Shown here piece by piece: positions 1 to 12,946 of a stretch of 64,000 bases of DNA. The stretch lies in NCBI GenBank assembly GCA_025786725.1, contig JAHLTZ010000005.1:434001-498000 (forward strand). Reading direction: 5' to 3'. The position numbers were made by a program, and so were the translations under genes. Each line of letters starts with the position of its first letter. Position 1 is the stretch's first letter. The notes below the pieces were generated by a model. It did not search any database. It had not been told where the DNA came from and worked only from the letters and a program-made list of their open reading frames with translations. This stretch comes from Syncephalis fuscata S228 (lineage: Eukaryota > Fungi > Zoopagomycota).

Positions 1-504
1 TTGTTTCCGCTAATGATGCTTTATCGATAGTTGGTGCAGTCATGGTTAATGACTTTCCCAATGAATTGTCTAGTGAATTGATGGTTTGAAAGCCTTCCGC
101 TACTTCAGTTAGTCCCATAACATGTTGTGGGTCAGCTGATAGACGTTTTGACGTATACATATAGCCTATAGAGCCCGTCATACGTGGTAGTGGCTGGAAT
201 GAATGAGCTGACTTTAACCAATCTGACGGTGCCCGTCCCGCGTGAAAGGATAGTCCATGTGGAATATTGAAGTCGAGTATAGCTATTAAGTGCGTCATTA
301 TAAAAAGTATTTGTGTTTATTTAGTTAGTTAACTTGTAGTATATATACATATATACATATATATATACTTTACTAAACTATCTACTATAGCTATTCAAAA
401 TACTTACCTCTGGCCGGTGCACGTAGATTCGAGTATTGGTTATGACTATTCCAGCCGGTTTCCCGAAGGTAACACCTTAAACAATAATCCATATAGTCGT
501 GCAT
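1..504 (-). CDS. MDM10: Mitochondrial distribution and morphology protein 10 (ERMES/SAM beta-barrel), 5' part; runs off the window start
   Basis: Exon 1 504..408 reads MHDYMDYCLRCYLRETGWNSHNQYSNLRAPAR. GT-AG intron 407..283. Exon 2 reads AILDFNIPHGLSFHAGRAPSDWLKSAHSFQPLPRMTGSIGYMYTS. This matches the Mdm10 N-terminus pattern (M..YMDY....F...TGWN..N.Y....LLDF.IP.GL...GS+.Y+Y+S). Confidence 0.85.
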
Positions 505-929
505 TGTGTATTTACTTCTATATAGACTATTCAACCATAAACAAGCAATATTAAGAGTAGGATTCAATCGTGAATAGAATAGCAAATAGTATGTATAAAG
601 ATGATAAAGGAATCCGCACTACTAGTCGGACTTTTACTGAGGGTAAGTTATTATTAACAAATATTAATAATAACACTGGTAATTATTTGTATCTAGTTTA
701 AAGATGTGTAAATATCAAATCAATCGGATTTTTAATTATGATGCCATTATTCATTGTATTTACATCATGCCTTTGTATGAATGTTAGCGTATTTTTATTC
801 TTATTCTTTTAGTTCAACTTCTATTGCCAACTTGGTGGCGTACTTATTGGCACCGTTCTTTTTCTGCTCTTCCTTTTTGTTCCTTTGATCTAACGATCAT
901 CTTTTATTAATTGGATCTACACTATTTGT

Positions 930-3900
930 ATGCTAGGTGGTGGGCGTTTTATTGCTACTCGTCGTTTGTCGCTCGTTCGTTATTCTACCACTGCCGCTGC
1001 CACTCCTACTACTCCTACTAGTGCTATTGCTTATCGCGCTATTTCCTTGGGACGGACAAGTAGACTTGGAACACCACTACGTTTACTGAGTTACTTTGAT
1101 TCAGTTACCACGCTAACTCGATCGTCTCGATTAGCTTTTACTACTTATTCTCATAACCGTATTATTGATACTGTTGATACTGTTACAACTATTGCTACGG
1201 CTACTACTACTACTACTACTACTACTATGGCAGCCACCACTGATAGCTCTAAAATAAAACAGCCTGATTGGCATAAGCCAATTAATGGGCTAGAAATACC
1301 TGAACTACGCTTATTAAACTCTTTGACAAAAACCAAGGTAAAATACCTATATATAACTACAAATAGACGTGATAGCTTACCTGGTTGGTATATAGACACC
1401 GCTTATCCCACGTAGTGGCAAACAGCTTACTTGGTACAACTGTGGACCCACTGTCTATGATGTATCTCATATGGGACATGCACGGTAATTGGTCATTTAT
1501 TAGAATTTACACTATATTAATATGTATATCATCAATATTAGATTATATGTAACCATTGATATCATGCGTCGTGTATTGGAAGATTATTTTAAATATGACA
1601 TTCTGTTTGTTATGAATATTACGGATATTGATGATAAGGTAATACAGCATAAATTGATACAATTAAACATTTATAATTTATTATTAGATTATCATTCGAG
1701 CACGTCAAAATTATTTATTTGAGCAAATGAAAGAACAAACCAATAGTCTTACCGACGATTTAATTACGCAAGTTGATGCGGCATTTATTGATTTTGTTAC
1801 CCAAAAGCTAGGATCTATTGATGCAAGTTTGGCGGATCCATCAACTGTATGGACAGCATGGCCAGCATTTGCTGAAAAGGCCATCAATGTTGCTAATATT
1901 CCAGGTGCGGCAGAGGATCCTAAATTTCCTATGCATTTATCGGCAGCCAAATTGGCATATAATGCTATTGTCGCGGCAAAAGCTGTTTTAAAAAGCGAAA
2001 CCGGAGAGAATGCTCAAACAGCTGCCCATCAACTATTAGACGGTGCACGCGACGTAGTGACACCTTGGCTAGATGCGAAACAAGGCCATTCAGTTACTCG
2101 TCCAGAAATATTCCGTGAATTGGCAGCCTATTGGGAGGGTGAATACATGAAGGATATGGCTGCATTAAATGTACGCCCTTGCAATGTCCTTACTCGAGTT
2201 AGTGAGTATGTACCAGAGATTGTAAGCTATGTCGAAGGTATTATCAAGAATGGCTATGCATATGAATCGGATGGATCTGTCTATTTCGATACACGCAACT
2301 TTGATGGTCATCATGGTCACCACTATGCCAAACTTGCCCCATGGTCAGCTGGTAGTACGGCCTTATTGGAGGAAGGTGAAGGATCGCTTGGTGCAAAATT
2401 AAGCGGTAAACGCAATCCAGCCGATTTTGCCTTGTGGAAACGCTCAAAGCCAGGTGAGCCAGCCTGGGACTCGCCATGGGGCAGTGGTCGGCCTGGATGG
2501 CACATTGAATGCAGTGTTATGGCCAGTGAAGTACTTGGTAATGGTATGGATATCCATTCGGTGGTATTGATCTTGCTTTCCCGCATCACGATAATGAACT
2601 GGCTCAATCGGAAGTAAGTTTATCCATTTATATAATAACCAGTACTGAATAGATGATTAAATCCATTGACTATTAAATAGGCTTATCATGAATGTCAGCA
2701 ATGGGTCAACTATTTTGTACATCCAGGTCATTTACACATTGAAGGACAGAAAATGTCCAAATCACTTAAAAACTTTATTTCTATTCGAGTAAGTCATGTT
2801 AAATAGTTAATAAGTAATTAATTAATTGGCTTTTGATTACAGGAAGCATTAGAGAAATATACATCGCGTCAACTACGATTCTGCTTCTTAATGCAACAAT
2901 GGGATAGTCCACTTGATTTTAAATCAACGACTATGGAGTATATTATTAGCACGGAAAAAACCTTCAATGTAATAGACCATAGCATAATTAATATAACTAT
3001 TCCTGACTATTGCTTTATAGAACTTCTTTGCCAACGTTAGCGCTTATGCCGAAGAATGGAAAGCCATTGCTTTGAAATCTGATGGGCATTATCAGTATCG
3101 TGAAGCTGAAAAGGAATTGATGCAAACGTAGGTTAATTATATTATAATTGATATTATTATTATAATAATATGAATATAGTCTACAAACAACTCAGACTGC
3201 TATTCACAATGCTCTATGTGACTCAATTGATACACCAACTGTTGTCCGTGAATTGCTTGATCTTGTTAATCGTGCCAATATCTACTTGAGTGCACATTCA
3301 TCACCATATGTGCCACTATTGGAGAATATTGCCCAATACATTACAAAAATGTTTAAAGTAGGTAGCAATGCAGCTAGTTAATAATGGCCAATTAATATGC
3401 TATTAGATCTTTGGATTGGTCAATGACGGTACCGATATTGGATTTGGTACGAATGGAGAGAGTGGAGAAGGTGTCGCTATAGCCAATGTAAGTATTATGC
3501 CGAATAGAATTACAGTTTAATTTACATACATATATAGGTAAAAGATACGGTTATGCCCTATTTGCGAGTACTCTCTCAATTTAGAGATACAGTACGTGAA
3601 TTGGCTCGTGGCAAAGCAGGTAAGCGATAGATAGATAGAAATACCTTGTATTTATACTGATAACGACTAGACCACAAGCAGCTACTTGAATTGTGCGATC
3701 GCTTAAGAGATGAAGATTTGGTAGAGCTAGGTGTTATGTTGGATGACCGCGAAGGTATTGCTATATACTATAGCTTACTAAACAATATTAATTTATTACA
3801 TATGCATATATATATATATGTGTATATATGTGTGTGTATCTAGGCGGTAAAGCACTGGTTAAACTAGTAGATCGTGAGGAATTAGTTCGGAACGTGATGA

Positions 3901-4378
3901 GAAGCGCCGTGTAAGCCATTCAGGATCAATAGCACTTTATTCTAACCAATGATATAGCGCGAAGAAGAAAAACAAGCAAAGAAGGAAGCTCAAGCCGCGG
4001 AAAAAGAGCGTAAACGGTTAGAACGCCTAGCCCTTGGCCAGTTAAACCCGACAGAAATGTTCAAGTCGGGAGAGTATGCCGGACAATTTTCACTGTATGA
4101 TGACAAGGTAGGTACACGCATCAGTAGGATGCACACACAACGCCAATGAAAACAGTCTCTCGGACCTAAATTCCGCTGATACGTTTCTATGTACTATATA
4201 TAACAACTTTCTAACTACAATTCACCTCATGCACACATGCATCAACTAGGGCATTCCCACGCATGATGTAGAAAACGTAGAGCTGGCCAAAAGTCGTCGT
4301 AAGAAATTGCAAAAAGAATGGGATGCTCAGCATAAAAGACATACAGAATATCTGGCAGCCCAATCAGAAACCAATTAG
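930..4378 (+). CDS. CARS1: Cysteinyl-tRNA synthetase, multi-exon, with N-terminal mitochondrial-presequence-like extension
   Basis: Spliced translation gives LLNSLTKTK|[23 protein letters not shown] (HIGH-like motif), [54 protein letters not shown] and a C-terminal [14 protein letters not shown]. Apparent 1-nt deletions near 2560 and 3889. Confidence 0.97.
1199..1226 (+). repeat. (CTA)n microsatellite encoding poly-Thr just before the second ATG of CysRS
   Basis: ctactactac... run visible at 1201-1226. Confidence 0.9.
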
Positions 4379-4969
4379 CCAACCATAACAGAGTAGCATG
4401 CATTGAATGAATGGACTATAGCCGGTTAATAAATACCGTCTATGCAAAGCATGTGTCTTTATTTTTTGTGGCATTATTTGTTAATAATACTATGTTATTG
4501 CTGATTATTATAATAATCACAAGATGTGCAATAAATAATATGGATAACAGAGTCACGAGACAGTTGTTGTTAAATACAATGCGTGAATCTGTGATACCGG
4601 ACCGATAGTGCGTGTCAATGTGTTTATAGGTCAGTTGGTATACATGCGTACATAAAATTCCCTTTAATTCTAGCATACGCGTGTTATTTGTATGTATACA
4701 CGCGTATATGTACATACATGCACACATACGTACACACTTCGACGTAGAAAAGGTTTCATGTGCCAACGCAACAGAGGGAGAGGAAGAGAAGGCAAATGAA
4801 CGTTCACGCGTTGCCGCCCAATTTAATTGGGTCAAGTTTCCAGGTTGGCTGCACGTTGAATAAAAAATGAAAACATACGCACTTTGATAGTGTATTTTCA
4901 CTAATTGTAACACAAGAATAATATGATACATCTAATGCATGTTTATTAACAGCAATAACACCATTTACA
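3172..4969 (+). repeat. Direct segmental duplication copy 1 (~1.8 kb: CysRS 3' exons plus 3' flank)
   Basis: Near-identical to 9362..11162 (offset ~6190). The ORF track also shows identical ORFs at 4411/10604 and 4681/10874. Confidence 0.97.
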
Positions 4970-4972
4970 AAA

Positions 4973-6126
4973 GAGAAATTTACCAAAATATTCCTTTTTA
5001 TTTAATTAGCAAACGCCTTATTTTAATAATAATAATAATATCTCCATAATAAATTACAATTTTTAAAATGTATAAATCAAAATAAGTTATTTACCAAAAA
5101 TACTTTTTTTTAAAAAATTACCGCAATGTCCACTAAACTATTTGATGAAGCTGTTTACCAATATCAAAGATCTGAGGATTGCAATTGACGATTCGAGATT
5201 TGTTGACAATTGTAAATAATGTTGCTGCATTCTCAAGTGTAAGCTAAAAGATGTACAAGTAAAAGCATTAAGTACATATTTCATTATTTAATACACACTA
5301 ACAATTGTACTAGCTCAACAGGTGTTATTATTTCTTATTACAAACTTGGTCTGCTTTTGGTTCGATAAAAAATGACATTGTTACAATACCAGTAATAAAA
5401 TGATGTAACTTGACCAAGTAGCCAAAGGTGAAAAAAATAGAAGAAGTAGCTTAGTCAAACGTTTTAATACCAATTTAATAATAATAAAATATTATTAGTA
5501 TCAAATGGCGTTAGCTTATAACAATAGCTTAAATTAGCAAATTTATAACAAAAGCTGTAATTATATAAATACTGATAGCAAGTTAAAATACGTTGGATTG
5601 TAAAGCATCTTTATTATTATTTAAGTAACAGTGTTATGTATTTATAATATTATTGAATAATAAAAGCTACAAAGCTAAAAATGCTTGATGGGGAAAAAGT
5701 TAATTGCGATAAATGCCATGGATTTAATTTAAACATTATGTATGTAAATTAGTTAATTGTAGCAATATTAACAGCAATGCCAATCGTATTTTATTTGTTA
5801 AAAGACTTTTAAAAATATACTTGTGGTAAGTATAACTCAAAGAGCATAATGCAGAAATATGTTATGTAAAAATTAGCATTATTAATGTTGAAATAGTAGT
5901 TGATGTTAAAACAAATGTTTTTATTGAAGAACAAATACAAAATACTAATAAAACAGCCATCATAAAAAAGAAAACATATTATCAAAAAGTGTTTAAGTTG
6001 TAATGAACGTTATTGCAAGAGAACGAAGTGTGGTACAATCAAAAATAAATAATAATGAATTTAAAAAAAATAAAAAAATATTTTGCTAAATAAAATGGAA
6101 AAACGGACTGTATGGTTAAATTCCTC
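4973..6126 (+). mobile_element. Decayed TIR DNA transposon remnant, possibly Mutator-like
   Basis: Left end GAGAAATTTACCA...TTAGCAAA is an imperfect inverted match to the right end TTTGCTAA...TGGTTAAATTCCTC. Flanking 9-mers tttacaaaa and ttgataaaa match 7/9. The very AT-rich interior has Cys-motif remnants KVNCDKCHGF (~5696-5725, SWIM-like) and KCLSCNERYCKRTKC (~5987-6031, knuckle-like). Confidence 0.45.
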
Positions 6127-6548
6127 TTGATAAAAACTGATAAAGTATTGTTCAATTAAAACAGCTAGCCAGCTCGTTACTTGAATTAACAACCGATAAT
6201 TGTTTTAATAAACATTGAGTATGACGTTAACCATATGCGTCATCTGTTTGTTTTATTTTCATTACTATTATAAAATTTATCATTTAAAGGGAGATAATGT
6301 TACATACAATAGAAAGTAATTTATGCCATTTAATCACATTTATTTGTATAGTAGTTTTATTAACATTGTCACAGAATATATTAGAAGTGTACGCAGTACT
6401 AAGAATAGTGAATTTAACGTTAAATAGTTTACTTAAATCAAAAGGCATTGAACGAGTAAACAACGCTTGAAACTATGAACTGAACTAGTAATAATACTGA
6501 TTAGTTCATTTACTTTGGATAATGTTAATGAAGACTATGTTGCTAATG

Positions 6549-6583
6549 CATGATGATAGCACATGATGATAGCACATGATGAT
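6549..6583 (+). repeat. Short tandem repeat, 13-mer CATGATGATAGCA x ~2.7
   Basis: catgatgatagca catgatgatagca catgatgat. Confidence 0.85.
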
Positions 6584-7248
6584 CATGCATACGTCATAAT
6601 ATTGACGTAATTGTTAATACTACCACGTCAAACCGAACATTTCCTTTGACGCCATAACATTACGCAATTTACTAATAATAGATGCATTAAAACTAAAAGA
6701 TACTCACATTACTTTACTAAGCACGTCATTTTTTTTAACTAGGCTGATCTCACTTCCCCTACTCAATCACTATTTTACAATATCGCTTACTTGAAACTAC
6801 AACACAATGGGTTGATTAAATGCCCAAATACACTATTATTAATAATAATATAGCCAGTAATTATTTTAATAGTTATTAAACACTGCTATTTCTGTACTGC
6901 TAAAATGATTAATCAACTACGTTCCAAAAACGTATGTAGGTCAGTAATTTGCACATTTCGCACCAAGTATGACAAGATCCTAAGCTCTGACTCGGCAATA
7001 ATTTAAAAAGCTGCCATGCCATGCTTCCATTCTGCTAAACGGACACTAATTAATAAACCCGAAGATTACATTTATCGGAATCGGAAAATCGTTTAACAGA
7101 AATAGGCCTATGCTCATGCGTCAAAATGCACGCGTTAACTTGCATAACTCTGGCCGTTCATGTTTTATTAATAGTCATAATGCGACTATATAATAAAATG
7201 GCTTTTATCTTATCGTTTCTGTGATAGCATGCCAATCTGATAGTTATC

Positions 7249-9103
7249 ATGAAATTACCTTTTAACCTTAGTCTTACTTCTGCGGCTCTTGCCATCTTTT
7301 CAGCTTCATCGGCACTAGCTATATCCAGTACCAATGAACCAACACCGATACGCGTTTTATTGGGTGTTGGATTTGGAACAAAATCACATGCTGTCCATTT
7401 CCTTGCCGTATGTAAAGAACTGATAGCTCGTGGCCATGAAGTTCACTTTGCTACCATGAGAAGTCAGCTAAAATGGGCCGCTGACCAGCCAAAAATGAAG
7501 CTTATTGACATAGGAGATGTACAAATATCACGAGAAGAGAGAGTCGCTCAGTTAAACGACCTCGTAATTGCACAAGAAAAAGATCCAGCCTATTTAATCA
7601 AAACATTGATAGAAGTGATTTACAAAGATTACGAATGGCAATATCCTATCTTCCATGATATCATATCTGGTAAATCGGGAAATGGCGGGCCAATGGATGT
7701 TGTAATGTGTGATTACTTTATGCGCGCATGTATTGATGCTGCACATTCTCTTGATGTTTCGTGTGTCATTAGACTATCCACTTTAAGCCTGGATGGTAAG
7801 ATAGTCATGGCTGTTGTATTTAGTACTAATGTATTTTAATAATAATAGAAACCAGCAATCAACCGTATTTGTCCACACTTTTCGATAATGGCCTACCTAC
7901 TCATGAACATTCTTCGTTTTGGAGACGTTTTCGTAGTGCCATCATTACACCACTTATGGCACAAAACACCATACAGCCTGGAATTGAGTTTCAAGCAAGT
8001 GTATTAAAAAAAACTGGTGTTAAGCCATACGCCGGCCTTTCACATTTATATGACAAAAGCTTGATATTTGCTGCTACTGTTCCTGGTTACGATGTAAGCA
8101 ATATGGTGTAAATAGATTTAATAGTTAATATCTAACATCCAACAATTGTTTTATATTATAGCAACCACGTCCTGTCCGACCTAATGTTGTTTACATAGGA
8201 CCGGCACTATCAGATACATACACACCGCTGACCACCGAACTTAAAGACTTTTTATCTACACGCAGCAAAACTATTTTTATTGGCTTTGGTAGTATCTTTG
8301 TTATTGGATCAACTCAATTCCAAGATATGATACACTCATTAGTCAAAGCATACCACGCCGGTCTAATCGACGGTGTTGTCTGGGGCCTAATGAGCACCAA
8401 AGCTGATGAACTACCGCTATCCGTTCATACAAAAGTTCAAACTTCCACTTCTATTGAAGTAGAAGAAGAGCACACAGTTCAAGATATGCAAACAGGAAAG
8501 CACCCATTTATTTACATTACCAATGTTGCACCTCAACGGGCTTTATTGAATCACCCATCGGTAAAGATTTTTATTTCACATTGTGGCAGCGGATCAGTCC
8601 ATGAAGCCATGGATGCAGGCAAGCCAATATTAGCCATTCCTGGATTTGGTGATCAGCCAAATAATGCTAGAAAACTAGCAAGCCTTGGTGTGGCTGTTTT
8701 TGTCAAATGGAATCAAGTTGGTACCGAAGTGATGCACGCTGCGTTCCATCAGCTACTTGAAGGTGAAAGTGCCGAAAAAGCTCGACAAGTTGTGGCTAAA
8801 CTTCAAAAGATTACAAGAACGTATAACCGCCAATTATCCCATGCCGCAGACATGGTCGAGTTGGCTGCGGTCCCTGGTGCATTAAAATTACTCGAACCAG
8901 CCGGTGTGCGTATGGATTGGTGGCGGGCAAGAAATGTTGATGTATGGATTGTTGCTGTCCTAGGCTTGATGAGCGTATTAGCTGGTATTGCCTACACCAT
9001 TTGTTTAGCGTATCAACAATTCAATCGTACTCAAAAGCCCACTTACACAAGCTTAAAAAGACGTGATTATATTCAAATTGTTAATAAATTTATAATTAAG
9101 TAA
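7249..9103 (+). CDS. UDP-glycosyltransferase (GT1/UDPGT family), type I membrane architecture, 3 exons
   Basis: Signal peptide; SH..catalytic His region; ELIARGHEVHF; DVVMCDYF; PNVVYIGP; FIGFGS; UGT signature APQRALLNHPSVKIFISHCGSGSVHEAMDAGKPILAIPGFGDQPNNA; C-terminal TM helix. Introns 7797-7848 and 8094-8161. Restoring one T near 9043 gives a ...KLKKT* dilysine terminus (stop ~9066). Confidence 0.93.
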
Positions 9104-9361
9104 AAATAATCTTTCTTTTTCAAGCATTAGGTAATCCACTAATAGTTTAGAATAGTCTAGAGTCAAATGAATAAACGTATAATACTTACGCAGTTGAACT
9201 ACATATCCGTTCTAGTTCAAATGTGTAAATGTTATTAAAAATGGTCATTCAACATCAAATCACATTAAATAGTTGATAAATAGTTTAATATTAGTGTATT
9301 GAAAATAATATTAATAAATTGCTGATAGTATTGTTACTAATGTCGCTAATAATAACAATAC

Positions 9362-11162
9362 GAATATAGTCTACAAACGACTCAGACTGCTATTCACAAT
9401 GCTCTATGTGACTCAATTGATACACCAACTGTTGTCCGTGAATTGCTTGATCTTGTTAATCGTGCCAATATCTACTTGAGTGCACATTCATCACCATATG
9501 TGCCACTATTGGAGAATATTGCCCAATACATTACAAAAATGTTTAAAGTAGGTAGCAATGCAGCTAGTTAATAATGGCCAATTAATATGCTATTAGATCT
9601 TTGGATTGGTCAATGACGGTACCGATATTGGATTTGGTACGAATGGAGAGAGTGGAGAAGGTGTCGCTATAGCCAATGTAAGTATTATGCCGAATAGAAT
9701 TACAGTTTAATTTACATACATATATAGGTAAAAGATACGGTTATGCCCTATTTGCGAGTACTCTCTCAATTTAGAGATACAGTACGTGAATTGGCTCGTG
9801 GCAAAGCAGGTAAGCGATAGATAGATAGAAATACCTTGTATTTATACTGATAACGACTAGACCACAAGCAGCTACTTGAATTGTGCGATCGCTTAAGAGA
9901 TGAAGATTTGGTAGAGCTAGGTGTTATGTTGGATGACCGCGAAGGTATTGCTATATACTATAGCTTACTAAACAATATTAATTTATTACATATGCATATA
10001 TATATATATATGTGTATATATGTGTGTGTATCTAGGCGGTAAAGCACTGGTTAAACTAGTAGATCGTGAGGAATTAGTTCGTGAACGTGATGAGAAGCGC
10101 CGTGTAAGCCATTCAGGATCAATAGCACTTTATTCTAACCAATGATATAGCGCGAAGAAGAAAAACAAGCAAAGAAGGAAGCTCAAGCCGCGGAAAAAGA
10201 GCGTAAACGGTTAGAACGCCTAGCCCTTGGCCAGTTAAACCCGACAGAAATGTTCAAGTCGGGAGAGTATGCCGGACAATTTTCACTGTATGATGACAAG
10301 GTAGGTACACGCATCAGTAGGATGCACACACAACGCCAATGAAAACAGTCTCTCGGACCTAAATTCCGCTGATACGTTTCTATGTACTATATATAACAAC
10401 TTTCTAACTACAATTCACCTCATGCACACATGCATCAACTAGGGCATTCCCACGCATGATGTAGAAAACGTAGAGCTGGCCAAAAGTCGTCGTAAGAAAT
10501 TGCAAAAAGAATGGGATGCTCAGCATAAAAGACATACAGAATATCTGGCAGCCCAATCAGAAACCAATTAGCCAACCATAACAGAGTAGCATGCATTGAA
10601 TGAATGGACTATAGCCGGTTAATAAATACCGTCTATGCAAAGCATGTGTCTTTATTTTTTGTGGCATTATTTGTTAATAATACTATGTTATTGCTGATTA
10701 TTATAATAATCACAAGATGTGCAATAAATAATATGGATAACAGAGTCACGAGACAGTTGTTGTTAAATACAATGCGTGAATCTGTGATACCGGACCGATA
10801 GTGCGTGTCAATGTGTTTATAGGTCAGTTGGTATACATGCGTACATAAAATTCCCTTTAATTCTAGCATACGCGTGTTATTTGTATGTATACACGCGTAT
10901 ATGTACATACATGCACACATACGTACACACTTCGACGTAGAAAAGGTTTCATGTGCCAACGCAACAGAGGGAGAGGAAGAGAAGGCAAATGAACGTTCAC
11001 GCGTTGCCGCCCAATTTAATTGGGTCAAGTTTCCAGGTTGGCTGCACGTTGAATAAAAAATGAAAACATACGCACTTTGATAGTGTATTTTCACTAATTG
11101 TAACACAAGAATAATACGATATATCTGATGCATGTTTATTAACAGCAATAACACCATTTACA
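9362..11162 (+). repeat. Direct segmental duplication copy 2
   Basis: Near-identical to 3172..4969; differs by a few transitions and small indels. Confidence 0.97.
9370..10571 (+). pseudogene. 5'-truncated duplicate of the CysRS anticodon-binding/C-terminal exons
   Basis: Starts at a retained splice acceptor (atatag|tctac) and has all downstream exons and the stop codon, but no start codon or catalytic domain. Confidence 0.8.
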
Positions 11163-11415
11163 GAATTATTCCGACATCCTTGACTCGCAAATATTCTCGT
11201 GCCTGTGCCATCAGCCATGGCCTTGGTTGGCACAGTTCTATTTAATCAATCTTGGTAACAATCCACTTTTATTCACTCACTCACTCATTTTATCTATATA
11301 TATATATAATAGATCTATAATGCGTTTTCGTGTTACTAGCCTGATGCTCTTTAGTATTTCTTATATTTCCGAAGCATTTCCTTCTTTTTTCTATCCATTT
11401 TATTATTAATATACC

Positions 11416-12364
11416 ATGTACGTATTATCAATAGTACCGGAATCAATGCTTACGGCTCAAGCATTGGTTCAACGTAATTTAACTATTCTGTTTTATGCCC
11501 TTTTGCTACCTTTTGCTATTACTAACTTTGTTCGTTCGGTACAAATTGCATTCCAACAACGACGCATTGCCAATATATTCTGTTTATTGCAAACATTCTT
11601 TTATCTTATTGAGCATCTACATATGCTAAGTCGATTTATTGAACCAGTTACTGGTGGCTGTACTGCAACTATGCTTATTGAGCGATGCGCCTTTGTACTT
11701 TCCATGACGTGTATCCATGCTATCCTATTACTAAAGGCATATATATGCAGTAATGGTGCCTGGTATTTATTAGTAGCCGCAGCCATTACCGAATCAATAT
11801 TTATTATTTATTTTGTTAGTAGTATGGCTCACATTACCGTAAACGAGTTTGATTGGGGTGGCTGTGATGTCTCACCAACTATATATGATATGATTCTACA
11901 GCTGGTATTAGTACTCTGCCCAATGCTTTCCTATCGCTTTATTTTCTCTGGTTTGCTTATCAACACTGTCGTCGTAAACATAAGCAAGGGTAAGTTATTT
12001 GCCATTCATCCATTTAATTAACTAATTAAACAATTTTATTATTTTATCTTTAATTTAGATCACCAACTCTTAACAATTTATTTGTTGATGGCATCTTTTA
12101 TTTACTGGGCGTGACATTGGCCGATATTGCCATTTGTATTCTTGTGGTCATTGGTCTTACATTGGGCCGATCATGGACTGTGCTATTTAGCATTAATTGT
12201 AAGTCAAACAACTAATATGGTAAATAGGTGCAATGTATTGACACATTCTACGAACGATATCTATAGGGATGATTGCGTCAACGCTTATTGTTGAACAATT
12301 ACGCTGGGCCAAGGATAATTCACGTCAGCCGTCAAGACTCCTTCTACCGCAATGGCTTAAATGA
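11416..12364 (+). CDS. Lineage-specific 7TM (GPCR-like) membrane protein, paralog 1
   Basis: Seven hydrophobic segments after splicing (introns ~11990-12058 and ~12200-12266) and one frameshift at ~11910. Motifs: C at TM3 start, ILLLKAY, ECL2 GGC, LFVDGIFY, N-W-MIASTLI. Confidence 0.65.
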
Positions 12365-12946
12365 CACTTTTTTCTTTGTATATAGCATCCTCACTTGAAT
12401 GACATGCTTATTTAACAATGTACCTATGCTTGTATACACCATAGAATAATAAATTATATGAATGACTGTCAATGAACCATCAACGACTACAATGATTATG
12501 TATGGCTACCAAGGTAACATGACACGTGAGCTCTATTAGAGTAGTGTAATAGACCAGGGACCCGTCTTTTATTCTTCTATCCTATTATGTGTACTACTGA
12601 GCCGTCTATTGATCGGTCATTTCACTTTGCGTGTGTGCGTGTCTATTGACTATCTTTCATTCCGATAAGGTATGATCGTCTAAATGGTGGGTATTCACGC
12701 CAAGCAGTCACACTAGCGAATACATTAAAGCCACCGCTTGCTCGCCTACTCGCTAGTGACGTCGATATACTTTTTTCACTCTATAACTATTCCTTATGAC
12801 TCTTTGTCAAAAAGATTATTTGCGCCGGCAACAATTCGTACATTCAAGTTACATATCAAGTGTTTAATGTTTAGCCTTCAAGCTAGGTGTTTTTATTCGT
12901 ATTAAAGTGGCCGTGGTATCGTGCTTTTATTTGATCATTATTTACC

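Noticed and set aside
4411-4986. ORFs of 60-174 aa in the CysRS 3' flank, and their copies at 10604-11233
   Set aside because: Low-complexity 3' UTR/intergenic sequence; they recur only because of the duplication
6404-6460. 15-bp match (aatagtgaatttaac) to the reverse complement near 30341
   Set aside because: Too short and AT-rich, and does not extend into a convincing alignment
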